Assembly (NCBI GenBank): GCA_964187785.1
Contig: OZ076409.1
Location: 40,302,001 to 40,366,000 of the forward strand
DNA from: Amphiscolops sp. MND2022
Lineage: Eukaryota
Length of the DNA stretch: 64,000 nucleotides
Reading direction: 5' to 3'
Below, one piece after another: positions 11,879 through 26,102 of this stretch (positions are counted from its first letter, which is position 1; each line of letters starts with the position of its first letter). Under the pieces are notes generated by a model. That model did no database searches. It had not been told where the DNA came from and was given only the letters and a program-made list of their open reading frames with translations. Position numbers and translations under genes: made by a program.

Positions 11879-14783
11879 GAGATCTTTTGTTGTTTTCAAT
11901 CGCCCCAAAAGCATCAAACAACCAAATCTGTTTTGCTTTTAGTCCAAAACCAGAAATCAAAAAACTAAAGGGAGACCCCGTTTGTGAATTTTAAATTTTC
12001 GAAAAAATTGCACATAGCCAAACAAACCCAAAAGGGGTTCTGTTTGGGTTTTAATCCCCTTTTTTTATCCAAAAATATGAAAAACAAAGAAAACCTTTTC
12101 GAAAAATTTGTGGAATTTTAATTATTTTGGCATTCTGCATGAAATGGTCATTTTCGGTTTTGCTTTTTTTGGACTAGATAGCTCTTTGGGTCAGAATAGG
12201 TCGATTCGCACATTTTCTATGTCCGAATTTCAAAAATTGAGTTTTTACGGTTTGACTATTCCAGGGAAGTTGACTATTCTGAGGTATTTTTTCACTTTTT
12301 ATTAGGCTGAGGCGCCAAGGTTTTTTGATTAAAGTAGTTTAATATAAATATAACTTATTCGAATAAAAGGTGTGGAAGTCTTGCTAACATTACTTGTTTG
12401 AGTATTGTCATTTGACTCGGAAAAATATATCAGACCTTCTCAGGCTGCGTTTTTCTCTCAAAATCGTTTCTCGATTTAACTTGAAATTTTTTTTTCGATT
12501 TTCTGTTGCATAAGGCCATAAGATGTGAAAAACGGTACCCACTGCATGGATCACCTTTGCACTGTTTGGATACCAACTATAAATTGATTCCTCTAGGCCC
12601 AATTTGATGTTAAACCTTGACTGCCTGGCAGTAGCGTTTCGTTTTTTAACGTTACATCACAATCATGTCATATCTTCATAGTATTGTTAAACTAGAAACC
12701 TGGGATTTCTCATTTATTTATCAAAAATAAGAAACTAGTGCATTTTTTATTTCTTTTTTTCCCTCAAACATGTTTCAGATACCAAGTCTGAAAACTGCCT
12801 GGAGGAGCATTTGTTCATGCCGAATTATTTTGATCATTATTAAGATGAATTAGTGTTTTTCCTCAAGGAACCAGCATGACCTCGCCAAATGGCGATCAAT
12901 TCATCATGTTTTCTTTACGAATTACAAACGGTTCTATAATGTTCCATGATTGCTTTATAGAGAAAATGAAACTTTAATTACTTATTTATTTTTGTCGCAT
13001 ATCTAGGACTAAACATAGTTTTCATCTTGTTTTCAAAAATGCAGTACAAATCCGTGAATACGAGCCGCTTTCATTGCTGGATGTTTTGTTTTGTTCAAGG
13101 CTTTAAGGTTTCCCAATGACAACGGGGAATGCTTTCAAAAAAATTGCCAGATAGAAATGCACATTTATAGATGGCTATGCCGTATTAAGCGCTCAGATAA
13201 CACGTGTTACAAAAGATAAGAAATCTCATGACTTTCTCGACGAAAAATGAAAGACTCGCACGTTTCTGAGAAATACCAAATCCAAAAACTGAGCATCATT
13301 AAAATCATTCATGTATAATGAAAAATAATAATGACGCAAACGTTTTTTGGCTAGCTCTTTGAAAACCGATGAGCTGAAAAAAAAACAATTTGAGAAGCAA
13401 TGGATTAGTCATGTTTGGTAATGTGATGGTAAGTAATCCCTAAGCACGAGCTGGTACTGCACGGATGTTTTCTTACCATCATTTCCACTTTTTTCTATAC
13501 AGCTTCTGCCAAAATATTGCAGCATCGTTGTTGCCGGTATATTTGGCAAGTCGGCTTTTGCCGTGGCGCTTTTTTCAACAGTATATTTGGCATTGGTGAA
13601 ATTTGTGCGCGCGGTTGCTCCCGATGGTACTATAAATCATGCATCAGTGACTGTTGCAATTCATTCACGGAGTAACGTTTGAGATCCGACCATTCGTATT
13701 TGGTGCCTATTGGTTGAGTATAACCAGTGTACATAGTTTTTTTATTTAATAACATCTGGCAAATAATAACACAGGCCGCTTTTTGGTTTGTATTACGCTC
13801 CATCCAGTCGGCAAAACCTTTCAATTCAACATTCGTTGTTTAGCATTCAATTTAGAAACGCACCAAGTTTGACTTTGAGAGCGGTCCCTCAAGAGTGCAG
13901 AGTACATTCAGTCTACGTTCGGATCACTATTTAGTTAATTAATTATCCGTGATAACCGAAAATTATAAAAAGTTACTTTCTAACATTTGACTCATCGTTT
14001 AAAAACTTCGCAAAGCATCGTTAAATCAGTTGGTCGTGTAATTTTTGGCTCCATTAATTAATTAAAAGGCACTCCATTGCATACCTGAGTCTGATCAAAA
14101 TCTAAAAGTCAAAAATTGTTTCAGCTGCTGTTAAGTTCAGCTGTCTGGTCGTCAGAAAACCACCAATTAGCCAGAATTAAAACTTTTCATCATCTTACGG
14201 TCGGACACAAGCAGTTCGTGTTTTCCATTGGGATTTGCATTAAATAAATTTTTATTAACCAAACTAAAGATTTAAAAATATTAAAATATTCTTTTCCAAT
14301 TTCATATTCAAAACCTCACTGCAGTGAAATTCGTTTTTTCCAAGATTTACGAGAAATATCATCGAAAATTTTTCAATGAAATTCAATCAATCAAAATTTG
14401 TTAAAGCGGAGCTTTTTGTCTGTCAGTCAATAGATATCTGTTTTGTGAATTTCACTAGAAGTTGTTTCTGGAAAACATGTTTTGCGCCCAAATTATGCAA
14501 AAGAATCAACAAAAAATGATTGTTCTCTCATTTAAAGGTTTGTTACAAACTTTCACACTTAGTACAGGAAGTCAGAATAAAGTATTGAATAAAAATATAA
14601 CTTTTGCAATCGGTATTAAATTTTTCTTGCCACGAAAGTGATCCTTTATGCGAGGATCTTGTTTTCATAAATTCGAAAGACTAATTCAATTCCCAATTCC
14701 ATAATTACAGCTTTGATTCAATAAAAGGTCTCACAATATTCAGAGGAGACTGAAAGGACGCACACTTTTGGTTTCTTGGAGCG

Positions 14784-14862
14784 ATGGCGAAGATGGCGGG
14801 GAACTTGATCACGTTTCTGCTGATCTCCTGGAGTTGCTGGCTTCAACTGAACGCGCAAATCA
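14784..14862 (+). CDS. Exon 1 (signal peptide) of large FN3-repeat surface/secreted protein
   Basis: ATG MAKMAGNLITFLLISWSCWLQLNAQI, hydrophobic core, phase-1 donor GTGAGT that splices in frame to the following exons. Confidence 0.7.
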
Positions 14863-15899
14863 GTGAGTACCTTTACTACAGACCGAATTAATTACGTCAA
14901 TGAATTCTGGATCACCTAGCAAAGTGTAGCTGGGACCTGATTTCTTGAAGTGTTTCAAAACTATCAGGCAACCGTTTTTGAAAAACATTCAAGAGTATGT
15001 GTTTGGGTTCCCCAACTGAATAAGAGATAACTTCACAGAACAAACATATCTGATGCTTGAATAATGAGCAAAATAACTAACATCGAAATCTATGGCAAAT
15101 ATCAAACACAATTTATGAACGCAAAAGTGAGCAAGGTACCCTATACGACAGTTTCACTCAATTCTTGTACGTTGACTATAAAGGTATTAGGTGAAGTCTC
15201 CAAGTAAGCAGAAAATTTACAATTTACAAAAGCAGAAGACTTACAATTTCTAAAGGCTATCAAGAAACTGTTAGGTCCTGGACGAATCCTCATAATCGTG
15301 TTGTCAATTTTACATTGACAAATTCTGAACAATGCGTGAGATCTTAAATGCGTCAACAAATCAGAATTAGAAAATAGCTAAATAACTTTGGAAAAACTCT
15401 TCCTCCTGACAAATTTCACTTTTATGTGGCAAGCAAACATTATAGTATGCCACTCAACCAAAATATCACTTACTTTTCTGTAAGTTTTACACCCCACAAG
15501 TTTAGTGCCGCAAGAACAAACGTTTGTCAAAAGAAAATTTCATTCAAAATTTCGGAAGTTGTGGATACTTGGACGGTTTCAACATCTATTACAAAACTTT
15601 TATAGCAGAAACTTTGGCAGAGCCAGTTTTGGTAGTTTAAAAGTTTTTACTTATTTCAGTGTTGCTAAGATTCTATGTTTGACTTTTATTGCAGTTGCGA
15701 TTCTGTTTCTTTTGTTGCAAATTGAATTGGCAATACCTTAACTGTCAAAATTTACTATTTTCTGGGATCAATTTTTGTTTGCGAAACAAATTCGGCAAAT
15801 TGTTCTCCGACGCTGAAGTCTTCCAGATTTTGGATGTGATAAAAAAATGTGATTTTTTTCGTAAATTGTCGATACGATAGTATTTTTACCCCGGCTCAA

Positions 15900-17520
15900 A
15901 TTTTCATCGCCCATCAAAACCTGGACATTTTCTTTGAGTGCACTTTGGGGTTCGCTGATGATAAAAGAGTATCAAAAAGAATCAAGGACAAGGAAGATGA
16001 CAATGCTTTCCATCTGGAGCTAGGAACAGGTTTACGAGTGGGCTGACCAACATACAATACATCAGTAGTATCCGAAAATCTTTGAAAAAGCGACAAGAAG
16101 TACGTGCTTTTAGAATAATCATGAGTCATGATGCCACCTTCACAGCGCACATTGAAACTATTGTGTCAAAAGTCCAATCAACTGCTTCATCAATCTGCAG
16201 ATGCTTCAAAAGCTGATCCCCTGTAGTTATGAAAATTTTCGAAAGCTCTAGTTATTCCATACTTTGACAACTGTTGTCAACAAAGCAATCCTAAGAAGAC
16301 AGTGAAGATCAACAAGCTGCAATTTTTTCAGAAGAATTTCACTCCCGGCACCTGAACTTGTATTATGTGATCCACTCAAGTACATTGGAGATACTCTTTG
16401 GGAAGATACAACAGCCCCCAACGAGTATACAATGCAGCGATCCTACAACAAACTAGACTGCGCAATGGCGAGACAAAACGCTCAGGATATCAAATCTCGC
16501 AATCAACTGTCCAAACGGTTCAACTGCTTGCCATCGAACCAAATGAGAAAGAAGAACTGCTGTCTACACCCAGTGACACGAATCTTGGCACGCTTGCCAA
16601 GATGCATGGGTATGCTTGCCAAGATCTTGGCAAGATCTTGCCAAGATCTTACCAAGGCTACCATGATCATGCAAGATCATGGCAAGGCTGACCATGCGTC
16701 TTACCAAGCGTACCAAGATTTTCCATGTATCTTACCAAGCTTTTCCATGTGTCTTGCCAAGCATACCAAGATTTTTCCGACCATTTTGAGTTTTTATTGC
16801 ATTCACGAACTTCAGTAATTAGAACCCGTTACCTCAATAGATCAGGTAATAGCATGATTTGCATAATTCTAAACAAATCATAGCTGAAAAAGTTGGTTTT
16901 CACACCGATATCGCAAACCCGCAAGTTTTGAATAACTTGATTCGAAGTTTGCTTTGTATGATAATTAATGATAGTAGTAACAATGCCGTGCTCTCAAGTA
17001 ACAAAACTCGGTCAATAGGTGCAGCAAATTATTGAGCAAATTTTGGATAATTTTGAATTAAAAAACTATTTTCGATCAATAAATGTTATGTCTAAAGTTA
17101 TTACAATGGCTAATTCAGAAATGGCAGACGACAAGGAATTTTCGCGAAAAGAATAAATTATGCACAATTAATACCAGCTTACATGTCTTACCATGGTTAT
17201 CTTGTCAAGATCTTGCCATGATCTTGCCATGATCTTGGCAAGCATTTCCACATGGAACGCTTGTCAAGATCTTGCCAAGATCTTGCCAAGCGTAGCATGC
17301 ATCATGTTTTTCCATGCGTCTTGGTAAGCCTACCATGCGTTTCCATGTTTTTCCAAGATCTTGGCAAGGCTACCAAGATTCGTGTCACTGGGCAGCCATT
17401 TAAAGCGGAAGTGGACGGGTTTTGCGAACTGCTTCCAGATGAACTCTTGTTACCCGGATTCATCAGCAGGAAAATTCTTGCAACAAAAAGCCTAATAGAA
17501 GTTACCCAGTACCAAACAAA
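15900..17520 (+). pseudogene. Degenerate 3' fragment of a CR1-like non-LTR retrotransposon RT, interrupted by a MITE
   Basis: FADDKRVSKRI motif at ~15950, IMSHDATFTAHI segment, C-terminal FKAEVDGF..LPDE..LPG after the insertion; many stops/frameshifts. Confidence 0.7.
16569..17392. mobile_element. CACTA/EnSpm-type non-autonomous DNA transposon (MITE)
   Basis: TIR CCCAGTGACACGAATCTTGG at both ends, 2-bp TSD CA, dense subterminal CTTGCCAAGAT repeats. Confidence 0.85.
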
Positions 17521-19241
17521 TCACATCTATAGTGGAGTCAGCGAACCATTGGGTTAACTAGTGAGCGGTTGTCCTAGGACGAGTCAAAGGTTTTGCGGGA
17601 CACAGTTTTTGAGCAATATATCGATTTGTAACTCGGGAGCAGATCGGTAGATTTTGGAAAGTCTGAAGTCTGTGTTTGCATAAATATCGATGTGTATGAT
17701 TTTCAGCATTTCATTTCCATGACGATGCTTTTCTAAGAATTGCATCTTTCATCTAAAAGCTATCGAGTCTAGATGCATAAACTACAATGAGTGATAGAAA
17801 AACAAATCAAATCTGAAGTCTTTTTGCTTAAGACAGCGAATTTTATGCTTGAATATGAACCTGTTTTATCAACACAGGCATGGAACCGAGTAGGCAAAAA
17901 ATCGTACTTTTATTTCGGTCTCTGGTGTCAGAGTTGACCAAATGTCTGGAAGCACGTCTTCAAAATTCTCAGAAAATGAGCTACGAGATTTTATAGACAT
18001 TTCGTGAGTACCCATCTAAATTCTTTGATTTATTGGGCCATAACTGTAAATTCTTCAGAAGCTCAATTCTGCGCGAAACCAGTTTGGTGGGTGGATGGGA
18101 GCTTTATTTTTGTGAATTTTGAATACTTTTGGTTTTTGCAGCTGAAAGATATCAATTTTTCAATATAATTCTATGTCAAAAGCTTCTAAGCGTTTTATTA
18201 GCATGTTCGTTTGAAAATGAAAATTCAAATACAATGTTGGTTTAATGGAATGTGGATCGAGTTGGAAATTTTGTTGTGATTTTCGTTTTAATGAGAAAGT
18301 GTTTATAGTTTGTATGTCTAATCTTCATACTTTTTCAACGAAAGTTGGTTTTTTATATCCAATTCTTAGATTTTCGTGACCTGATTGCCAAATTTTGAGA
18401 TAATTAATCCTGCCCGGATGTAGCCCTGTTAGTGTCGACTGTTCCAGACTTTATAAATAAATGCAGACTTATAAGCAAAGTTTTTCAGATAAGCTGATCT
18501 AGTTTTTGAACGACTTCGGAACCAACCTTTTCTTGATTTTTTAGAACTGAATCTCTTTTTCGTGTTATATTGGAATTAAATGTGTTCGGCTGTATCTCCA
18601 GCAGTGTTAAATGTCACAGTTGGCCAGCCAAGACTAAAAAACTCACTTTTACGAGGTCCTGATCTGAATTTTGAAGGACGTCAATTACATTCGTACAATG
18701 ATTTTGTTTGAAATGTATCATTTTTTCTCATTTTACTTGAAGTGTTGCCATGCACCTACTCGTTGTAAGGGCAACTAGCGTCACTTCATTTCAATTTGAT
18801 CGAATTGATTTCAAGAGGTCTTGCTTTTCTTAGTACCATCATAGTTTTTTTTGTTGTAGGATGTGCCATTTTATCAAACCTATCATAGAACGATCTTACT
18901 ACGACATCAAGTCAACGATTCGCGGCGTGATTATGACATAATAATGGCATGCATGATCATAATACGATTGTCTAACCATCATGGAGAGTCGGTCAATCTG
19001 GGCTACTTCAAAATAGTCAACCAATTAACGATTTCAAATGCATGCATGTTTTTAAAATATTTTGTCTTCCCGGCCATAAGATAGAAAATTAGCATTGTTT
19101 TTCAGTTTTTATTAAAATTTTCCCTAAGAAAGAAGAAACAATAACTAAAACATTAAGACGGCGGCGATATAAAAACTGGGTAATAGTCTCAAAGTAACAA
19201 TTACCAAACCCGATAACCAACTAACCTAACAATTTTTTCAG

Positions 19242-19466
19242 CCATCCAATACACTGGAACGACTACAGTGAGGCTAAGCGTTGCTCTAACGGGTGCCACA
19301 GCAGAGGACGGTAAGCTTACCTGGGTCGATGGGGATGGCGGCACAGCTGGAGATGATACCAGAGATGTAGACGTATTCACTGTTAATGGTCTCACCGAGG
19401 ATAAATGTTATACCTTCACATACAACTTGGCTCCAGCTGATGATCTCACTGCAACAGCATGCACCT
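19242..19466 (+). CDS. Exon 2, FN3-like domain
   Basis: TTTTTTCAG acceptor, GTAAGT donor, 225 nt phase 1-1, FTVNGLTEDKCYTFTY (FN3 LxPxxxY-like), ends ACT. Confidence 0.8.
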
Positions 19467-20311
19467 GTAAGTTCACAAAGATATGACACTTTTCAACTAA
19501 AGATAGGTTCTAAAGCTCAACATGATGATGACACAAGATAACCACTTTCTGAAACAAAAGTTGAATGGGAACCAAAGAAGAACATCCAACCAATGAAATT
19601 GAATTGAAAATTGCGACATTAATTCCGATAAAATTGTCCAACGAAAATGAGTAAGGCTGACCATATAGCTCACAAATAAATAGCTGAAGGAAAAAGTATG
19701 TTTGATAACTTTCTACTTCCAAAGTGTGTACAATTCTGTCATTCTCCCTAGTGTAATTGACGTTCTGGATTGTTGGAATAAACCGATTACTGCCAGCTCG
19801 AGCTTTACTTACTGGTGGTCAAATACGTGTGAAGGGATCGTGATAGATTCAAATTATTGCTCAAAAACTTGAAACTGAAAGTTTCCTATGGGAAATAGTG
19901 CTGGGGAATAATTAGATCCAACTTTCAATAAAATGAGATCATAGCCATTGTCTTAGCATTGGCTTGCACGGAATTAGAAAGAATAACTTGAACGTTCAAC
20001 TTTTATACGAAGATAACCCTCAAGAGGGAATGTTATTGAAAACATTAAAAGCGTGATTATTCATTGTGTAAAGACATAACAAGGTATTTGACGTAGTTGG
20101 GCAGAAAAAATTACAAACCTATAGCCTGTGGAAAAAAAATCGAGTTCTTTTTCAAGTCAACAGTTCCTGACACTCTAATGGGAATTGCATGACACACGCA
20201 TGTCAGTATTCTCGGTGAAAAATATCTTCAAACTCTGACAAGATCTTGCATATTTTGAAACAAATTTTCATTCTCCCTTGAAAGATTTGATGAGATCTTC
20301 TTTCTTAGATT

Positions 20312-20834
20312 AACAGAAATTTTGTCGTCGGAAGATTGGTCGTCGGAAACTTGGTCGTCAGAAATTTTGTTGTCGGAAATTTCGTCGTCAGAAATTTCAT
20401 CGTCAGAAATGTCGTCGTCGTTACTTACGTTCTATGAAACGTTGTCGCATTTTAGCCTATCTATTAGGATTGGTCTTAAATTTTTGAGTCTACTTATCTT
20501 AATAATTATCGTTATTCTATTATCACAGATTTATTAACATATTACTTCTGCGGACATTATTTCTGAAAGTGTTCGGTAAAATAGTTCAGGACTGAAAATA
20601 TACCGTTGCTCAATAAACGTCTTGATAAGTTGAGTGAATGCAATTTTGGTGTCAAAATGAAACTTGATCTCAAGATCTTATTTTAATTATTAGATAATTG
20701 AATAATAAAAATGGTATCTTTTCGTCGATGCTTTGAATTTCGATTGATACGACGAATTTTCTGAGGAGGAATTTCTGGATTTGCTAATACGTTAAAATTT
20801 CTGACGCGAAATTTTTGGCGACGAAATTTCTGTT
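20312..20834. mobile_element. MITE-like element with 15-bp subterminal repeats
   Basis: AACAGAAATTTTGTCGTC left, GCGACGAAATTTCTGTT right; 15-bp GAAATTTCGTCGTCA tandem repeats inverted at the two ends. Confidence 0.55.
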
Positions 20835-22775
20835 TCTCCTTTATTGGTGTTTAACTCAAATCTCAAATCTATTGATGCTGTTGATATGAATTTGGCAAGA
20901 ATTGTACTAAGTGTCTCTCAAAAAATAAATAACATGCATAGCATTCTTATTTTTGTTCAAAATCACGTTGCTGTTGTTCAAATTAGCAGTTAGTCTAAGA
21001 CGCATCCCTAGTTGAAACTGCAGGAACTTTTTACATGCTGCAGGGTATTTTTTTATGAAACCTAGAAAATTCAGTGAACTTCGGGTGGTAAATCATGTAC
21101 AATTACACTGCATTTTCGACTACTGTAATTAACTTCGAAAGTAAATTCCACTTCATTACCGACACGATCGTTTTCTCAACTACTCATCTAATGTGATCAT
21201 CACTTCTCAAGTAGCATGCTAAACATGACGCGCTAATTGGAAGCTCATTGCGCGACTGAAGTTATTTTGAATTAAATTAGCGTTAAAACTGGAAGGAACT
21301 TATTTTCTTTTAAAATTTATAGCTGCTGCTTAATGAATGAAACCTGCCAAACTTCAGAGCGTAAAATTGACGCCAAAACTTTGACGAAAGTTTCAAGCAT
21401 CTTGATGGAAGGTAAACACAACAGGGGAAATATTTCGCAAGAAAGTTTCCGTAAGAGTTTTAGAAAGTAAGTAAGAGTCTCTAGGGGTGCTTTCTGACCT
21501 GTTCCGGTCTGTTACTGCAACTAGTCACATGAAATACGCTTTTTCTTTGTATCCACTGCGTAAATAGTCTGTATAAAAGGGGCTAAGTTGCATAGAACTA
21601 AATTAAACGATTCAGATGGGAATCTAACGTAAATGACATTAACATCAACAAGGAAAGCTCTCGAAATAAGAATTCATCAAACAAATCAGTGAACACATCA
21701 AAGAAGAGTTAAAATCCAGTTTGGCGAATTGGGTCTAGGTTGCATGGCACTGGCACTCGAGTTTGGCACAACCCTGGGTACGGATACTGCTATTACTCCG
21801 ACATACTGATTCTGCACGAACTGTGATGGGCACCGTGGAAATTAGCGCATAGGCTATAGTTCTTTGGTTCTGTGACGTTTCACGCACCTTCTCGACATTT
21901 CGCTTCTTTTTCCTCATCGCGGGATCTGCTGGTGCTGTCTTTTTATGATTTTTGCGGGCTGGTACCTCGTGAACTCATGTTTGAGGACCACGTCACTTCT
22001 GAACGAATTTTTCAGAAAACTGTCAAAACTTCGAAAATTTTGTTGATCACAGGGTGCCGTTACATGTTTTGAATGTTCACATTCGTTAGCGTTTCTTTTC
22101 AGACTTCCAGCTCGAACTAAATCTTTATTATTTGATCAGTTCATTTTCGGCCAGTTTCACATCCTGTAATTTCGGCGAGTTGTTTTCAACGAGTTATTCT
22201 GATACCCATTTTCTCTCAATAACAATTACCTCAATAGCTGCTTTCAGAAGACATTATCTAAACAACAGACGAATGCTTAGCTTTTGGCTACTGGAAAAAA
22301 GGTTGTTTTCGTCATATTATTACATATTCAGCTTACAGTTCCAAATGATAGTGTTTTCACTCAGGAAGTCAGTTAGCAAAACAAGACAGTGAAAAACCCC
22401 GTTTTGCTCTTTGTTCACCAAAAAAATTGAGAAAACTTTTTAGAAAAAACAACCTTGCTGAGTTGAATGATGGCATGTGATTCCCACAAGTAGTGGTACT
22501 ATTAATATTATTTTTTGTCTATTGTCAGTTCAAAGATGGAATGATCTTTTTTTTTCCAATTTTATCAAGTATTTTCTCAAACCCGCTGAAATTATATTGG
22601 AACTAATGTTGAGAATACTCTATGCTATAGTCGAATTTTGGGGATTAAAGGCATTTTAATATGCATTTTAAAACATTGAAATATGTCACAAATTTGTCAA
22701 AATTCAGTCTCTCATTGTCTTGTGGGCAACAAACTTTTCTGCATTTGCTTCGATTGCCTAATGGGGTCGGCTATA

Positions 22776-22779
<4 letters not shown>

Positions 22780-22813
<34 letters not shown>
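22780..22813. repeat. (CT)17 microsatellite
   Basis: Perfect dinucleotide run. Confidence 0.95.
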
Positions 22814-22817
<4 letters not shown>

Positions 22818-23395
22818 GGGCTTCAGATTGCTTTCTCGCGATGATCGAAATGATGGGTTGGAAGTTTGTTTACAGCGAACTATCGAAAATACCATCTACA
22901 GTAATAGAACGAATGGTAAACAGAACACACTGAGCCTTTATCGCATTCTTTCATCTTCTGAATACCGGAAAAATAGCGATTGTGGCTCAATTAGTTTTTA
23001 TTTATAAGTTTTGAAGCGGTTTTCGGAAGAAACGATTACCCATGATTTTCAACTTGCTGATTTCTGAAATTGGACTGTCAGTTGAACTTCAACTGATAAG
23101 GAGTGATAGAACATCTTGAGTTAAATTGAATCGTGTCTCTCTTGGGGTACTGAGCAATGCTGGTCTTTGCTTCTTTGATATATAAATGCTGAAAAATCAA
23201 AAGTGTGCTATTTTTAGTGTTTTGACCTACATTAGATCTTAGGCATGCTGTAATTTTTGTTGAACTTTTCTGGCAAAAGTGAGCAAATTGAAAAAACAAC
23301 GAAGAGACGAAAAGCCACTGGTCGAGTAGGTCCATATGTCATTTAGCGCTGTTTAAAAATGACTAGTGTTTAGATGTCCCTAATTCTTTGCTTAG

Positions 23396-23635
23396 ATGCT
23401 TTGACCCAGACAAGCATTGACACAACTCAGTTCGTTCTTGGACTTGATGACCCAACTAACAACGTCGCAACAGCCATCACTGCAAAATACACACCTCATG
23501 GTGGATCCGAATTAACCAAGACAGAAGAGACTAGCACAGCAACTTTGGATGGTCTTGTACCCGGAGATAAAGTAACTATAACAGTAGATGCAACTGTTGG
23601 GAGCACTTTGAACTTGGCAGCTGAGTTTTGTTCCA
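23396..23635 (+). CDS. Exon 3, FN3-like domain
   Basis: CTTTGCTTAG acceptor, GTGAGT donor, 240 nt phase 1-1, TATLDGLVPGDKVTITV. Confidence 0.8.
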
Positions 23636-24675
23636 GTGAGTAGCAAAAGCAGCAATAACATTTTTACCATCTATATTGAATGATAATGTTGAAGCATGTT
23701 TTTTTTCAAAAAAACGGCTTCTTCGCTCGGGAACATCACATAAAAGCCCAACACTTTATCTTTGGACTATTTGACTTGACCATATTTTAATTGAATGAGT
23801 ACAACTTTCTGTTACAAGAATATGTTGAGAAAGTAGAACCTGATTCGAAAATCCGCTTCATTTTTGATGTTTCCATTTTAATCCTCACTGAAATTTGTAT
23901 GCGCTTTGAACTTTGATTCAGAGCGTACTTCGTCAAGTGAATAATTTCAAAGTAACCGTTTTCCAGAAAATATATCCAAAGAAATTAAGTGTCCAAAGAA
24001 ACAAATTCATTTTACTACTAACTTTTCTAACCAGTGGCATGTTTCAGACCTTGAAATTTGTGCACCCAAAAGAACGGAATAAAATGACATTCCCACTGGA
24101 CCGTTTATCATTGAACTGATTTTTTTCCGTTTTGAATTTCGGGCAATTTCATGCTAATTTTATCTTTTCTAAATTTATGTATTTGTAAAACTGCGCTTCG
24201 AACGCGCATTACAATGAATAGAAAAACTGTCCGAAAAAACGAAGAAAAACTTGCGCCACCTAGGTCGTACAGCTGCAAATTTTGTCAAATGTATGTCTCA
24301 AATAGCCATTACAGAAAGTGATTTTCAGCTAATTTTCTTCAGTCTGAAAATGTTAGATCTTTGGTATATGATGCTAAAGTGTAATGCTTTGTCAATATTT
24401 ATGGCAGCACAAGGAATATCAAAATGACCCGGGAACGGTATAAAAGTCTGGATTTGTAAAAGGGACGTATAACACGAAACCTTTTAGTGGAAACAGGTAG
24501 AGAAAAATGACTCCATTGAGAGTATTTTGCGTGCATCGGGTTCAACGCTTTACACCACAAGGTTTCAAATTGAATATATAATAATAATAATAATATATAA
24601 AACTAATGGTGATATTTCCAGTCAAGAGCAAATAAACTGCAAATATTTGCGCAATCGCTAGTTATTTGATTTATT

Positions 24676-25714
24676 CCCTAAGTTACAAAAATCACAACTC
24701 TTGCAAAATTCTTACAAGAATTCTTGTAAGATCTTGTAAGAAAATGCATTTTTAGAATCTAACTCTTGCAAAAATCTTGCAAGATTTGCATTTTTCTGCT
24801 CAGAATGTTACGAAAAATGCATAAATCCGACCATTTTTTTGCATTTGGTTCAAAAAAATTTGAACGGCTGCAAAAGAAAACTATCTGTACGCGGAAAATG
24901 ACACAATTGCCCATATTAGGCATCTAAATTATATATAATCGAAATGCCTTATTTGCATCATGAGCATTGTTTGATGTTATATTGTTGTAAAGCTTTCGCT
25001 TACAACATTAAAGCCCTGCGTGGGGTCAGTGCCTCTGAGAGAGCAATGTCCTCTATTCTCAGCTGTCCTCCATTAGTTGAAATGGGCTGGAGAAGAAACG
25101 AAACCGATGGTTGAATTTAGCTAGAATTTTCAGGGTTTTCATAGTTTTCAATATGACATTGCACAGGTGGTTTTGTAGTATTTTTACTGATTTTCTCCAT
25201 CACAGTAGCTGACAGCAGGTTCGGGTTAGAACCGTTAGAAAGCCCTTGAAATGTATTTTCAATTGGTATCATGTTCATTTTCCTATCATCATTAGCTGAA
25301 GAGTTCTCGGAGTTTTTGTCCGGAGTTTCATAGCTGGAATACGTTATAGTAATTTCTGGGGTAAAATTGCATGTAAAATCTTCTTGCTCAAAATTAACAA
25401 TTTGGAGCCTTTTGCTGGGATCCTGGGACAGTTTGTGCATTGTAAGCGGCAACTGTGGCTGTTGTTGCTGGTAGTTTGATGATTTTTGAAGTTTTGGTCG
25501 AATTAACACATCACATTTTTTGTAAGAATTTCCTACCAAAAAAATGCATTTTTTGTTAAAATGTTATCAGAATCTTGTAAGAAATGTTCGACATTGTAAC
25601 AAATTTGCAAAATTTGCGATTCTTGTACAAACTTGTAAGATTCTTGTAAGAAATGCAAAGCTGACGAGAATTTCGGAAGAATTTTGCAAGATTTGTGATT
25701 CTTGTAACCTAGGG
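24676..25714. mobile_element. CACTA/EnSpm-type non-autonomous DNA transposon
   Basis: Imperfect TIR CCCTA(A/G)GTTACAA(A/G)AATCACAA..TCTTGCAAAATTCT, 2-bp TSD TT, subterminal TCTTG(C/T)AAGA repeats. Confidence 0.8.
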
Positions 25715-25805
25715 TTGTAAACTGTATTTTTGCGCCTGCAATTGCATATTCAGCAGTGCTTTTTTAACAGTATTGTCATGGTTCAAAACCCTATTCATGC
25801 TTCAG

Positions 25806-26102
25806 AGCCATCTCCTCTGACTAGTGTAGGGAAAACAGCAGACTCAGCAACCACTGATGGATTGACCTTGACTTTGGGTCTAGCTGCTGACGCCAACCAT
25901 AACCCGGACTCTTCAATCGTAGTAACACCAACATGTGGCAGCAATGACGAGACTGAAAAAACTTGCAATGAGGAGGTCAGCTGCCCGTTAACTGGACTCA
26001 ACGTACCAGGTTGCTTGTACACTTTCAATGCCGTATATCGTTGTCAAGGGGACAACCCAACGGCTCAAAACAGCGATCCATCAACAGGAACTTTCTGCAT
26101 TG
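25806..26102 (+). CDS. Exon 4, cysteine-rich FN3-like domain
   Basis: TTCAG acceptor, GTAAGT donor, 297 nt phase 1-1, SCPLTGLNVPGCLYTFNA, ends FCI. Confidence 0.8.

Noticed and set aside
13630..13824. BED-finger/hAT transposase fragment
   Set aside because: Short, TTG start, Cys/His pattern incomplete.
16580..17370. CRISPR-like repeat array
   Set aside because: Repeats are 11-bp subterminal transposon motifs without unique spacers; eukaryotic context, no cas genes.
20322..20537. SSE-repeat protein ORF
   Set aside because: Translation artefact of a 15-bp MITE subterminal repeat.
21735..21960. LINE ORF1 zinc-knuckle remnant (CANFHGAHHSSC on minus strand)
   Set aside because: Single degenerate motif with flanking stops; insufficient support.
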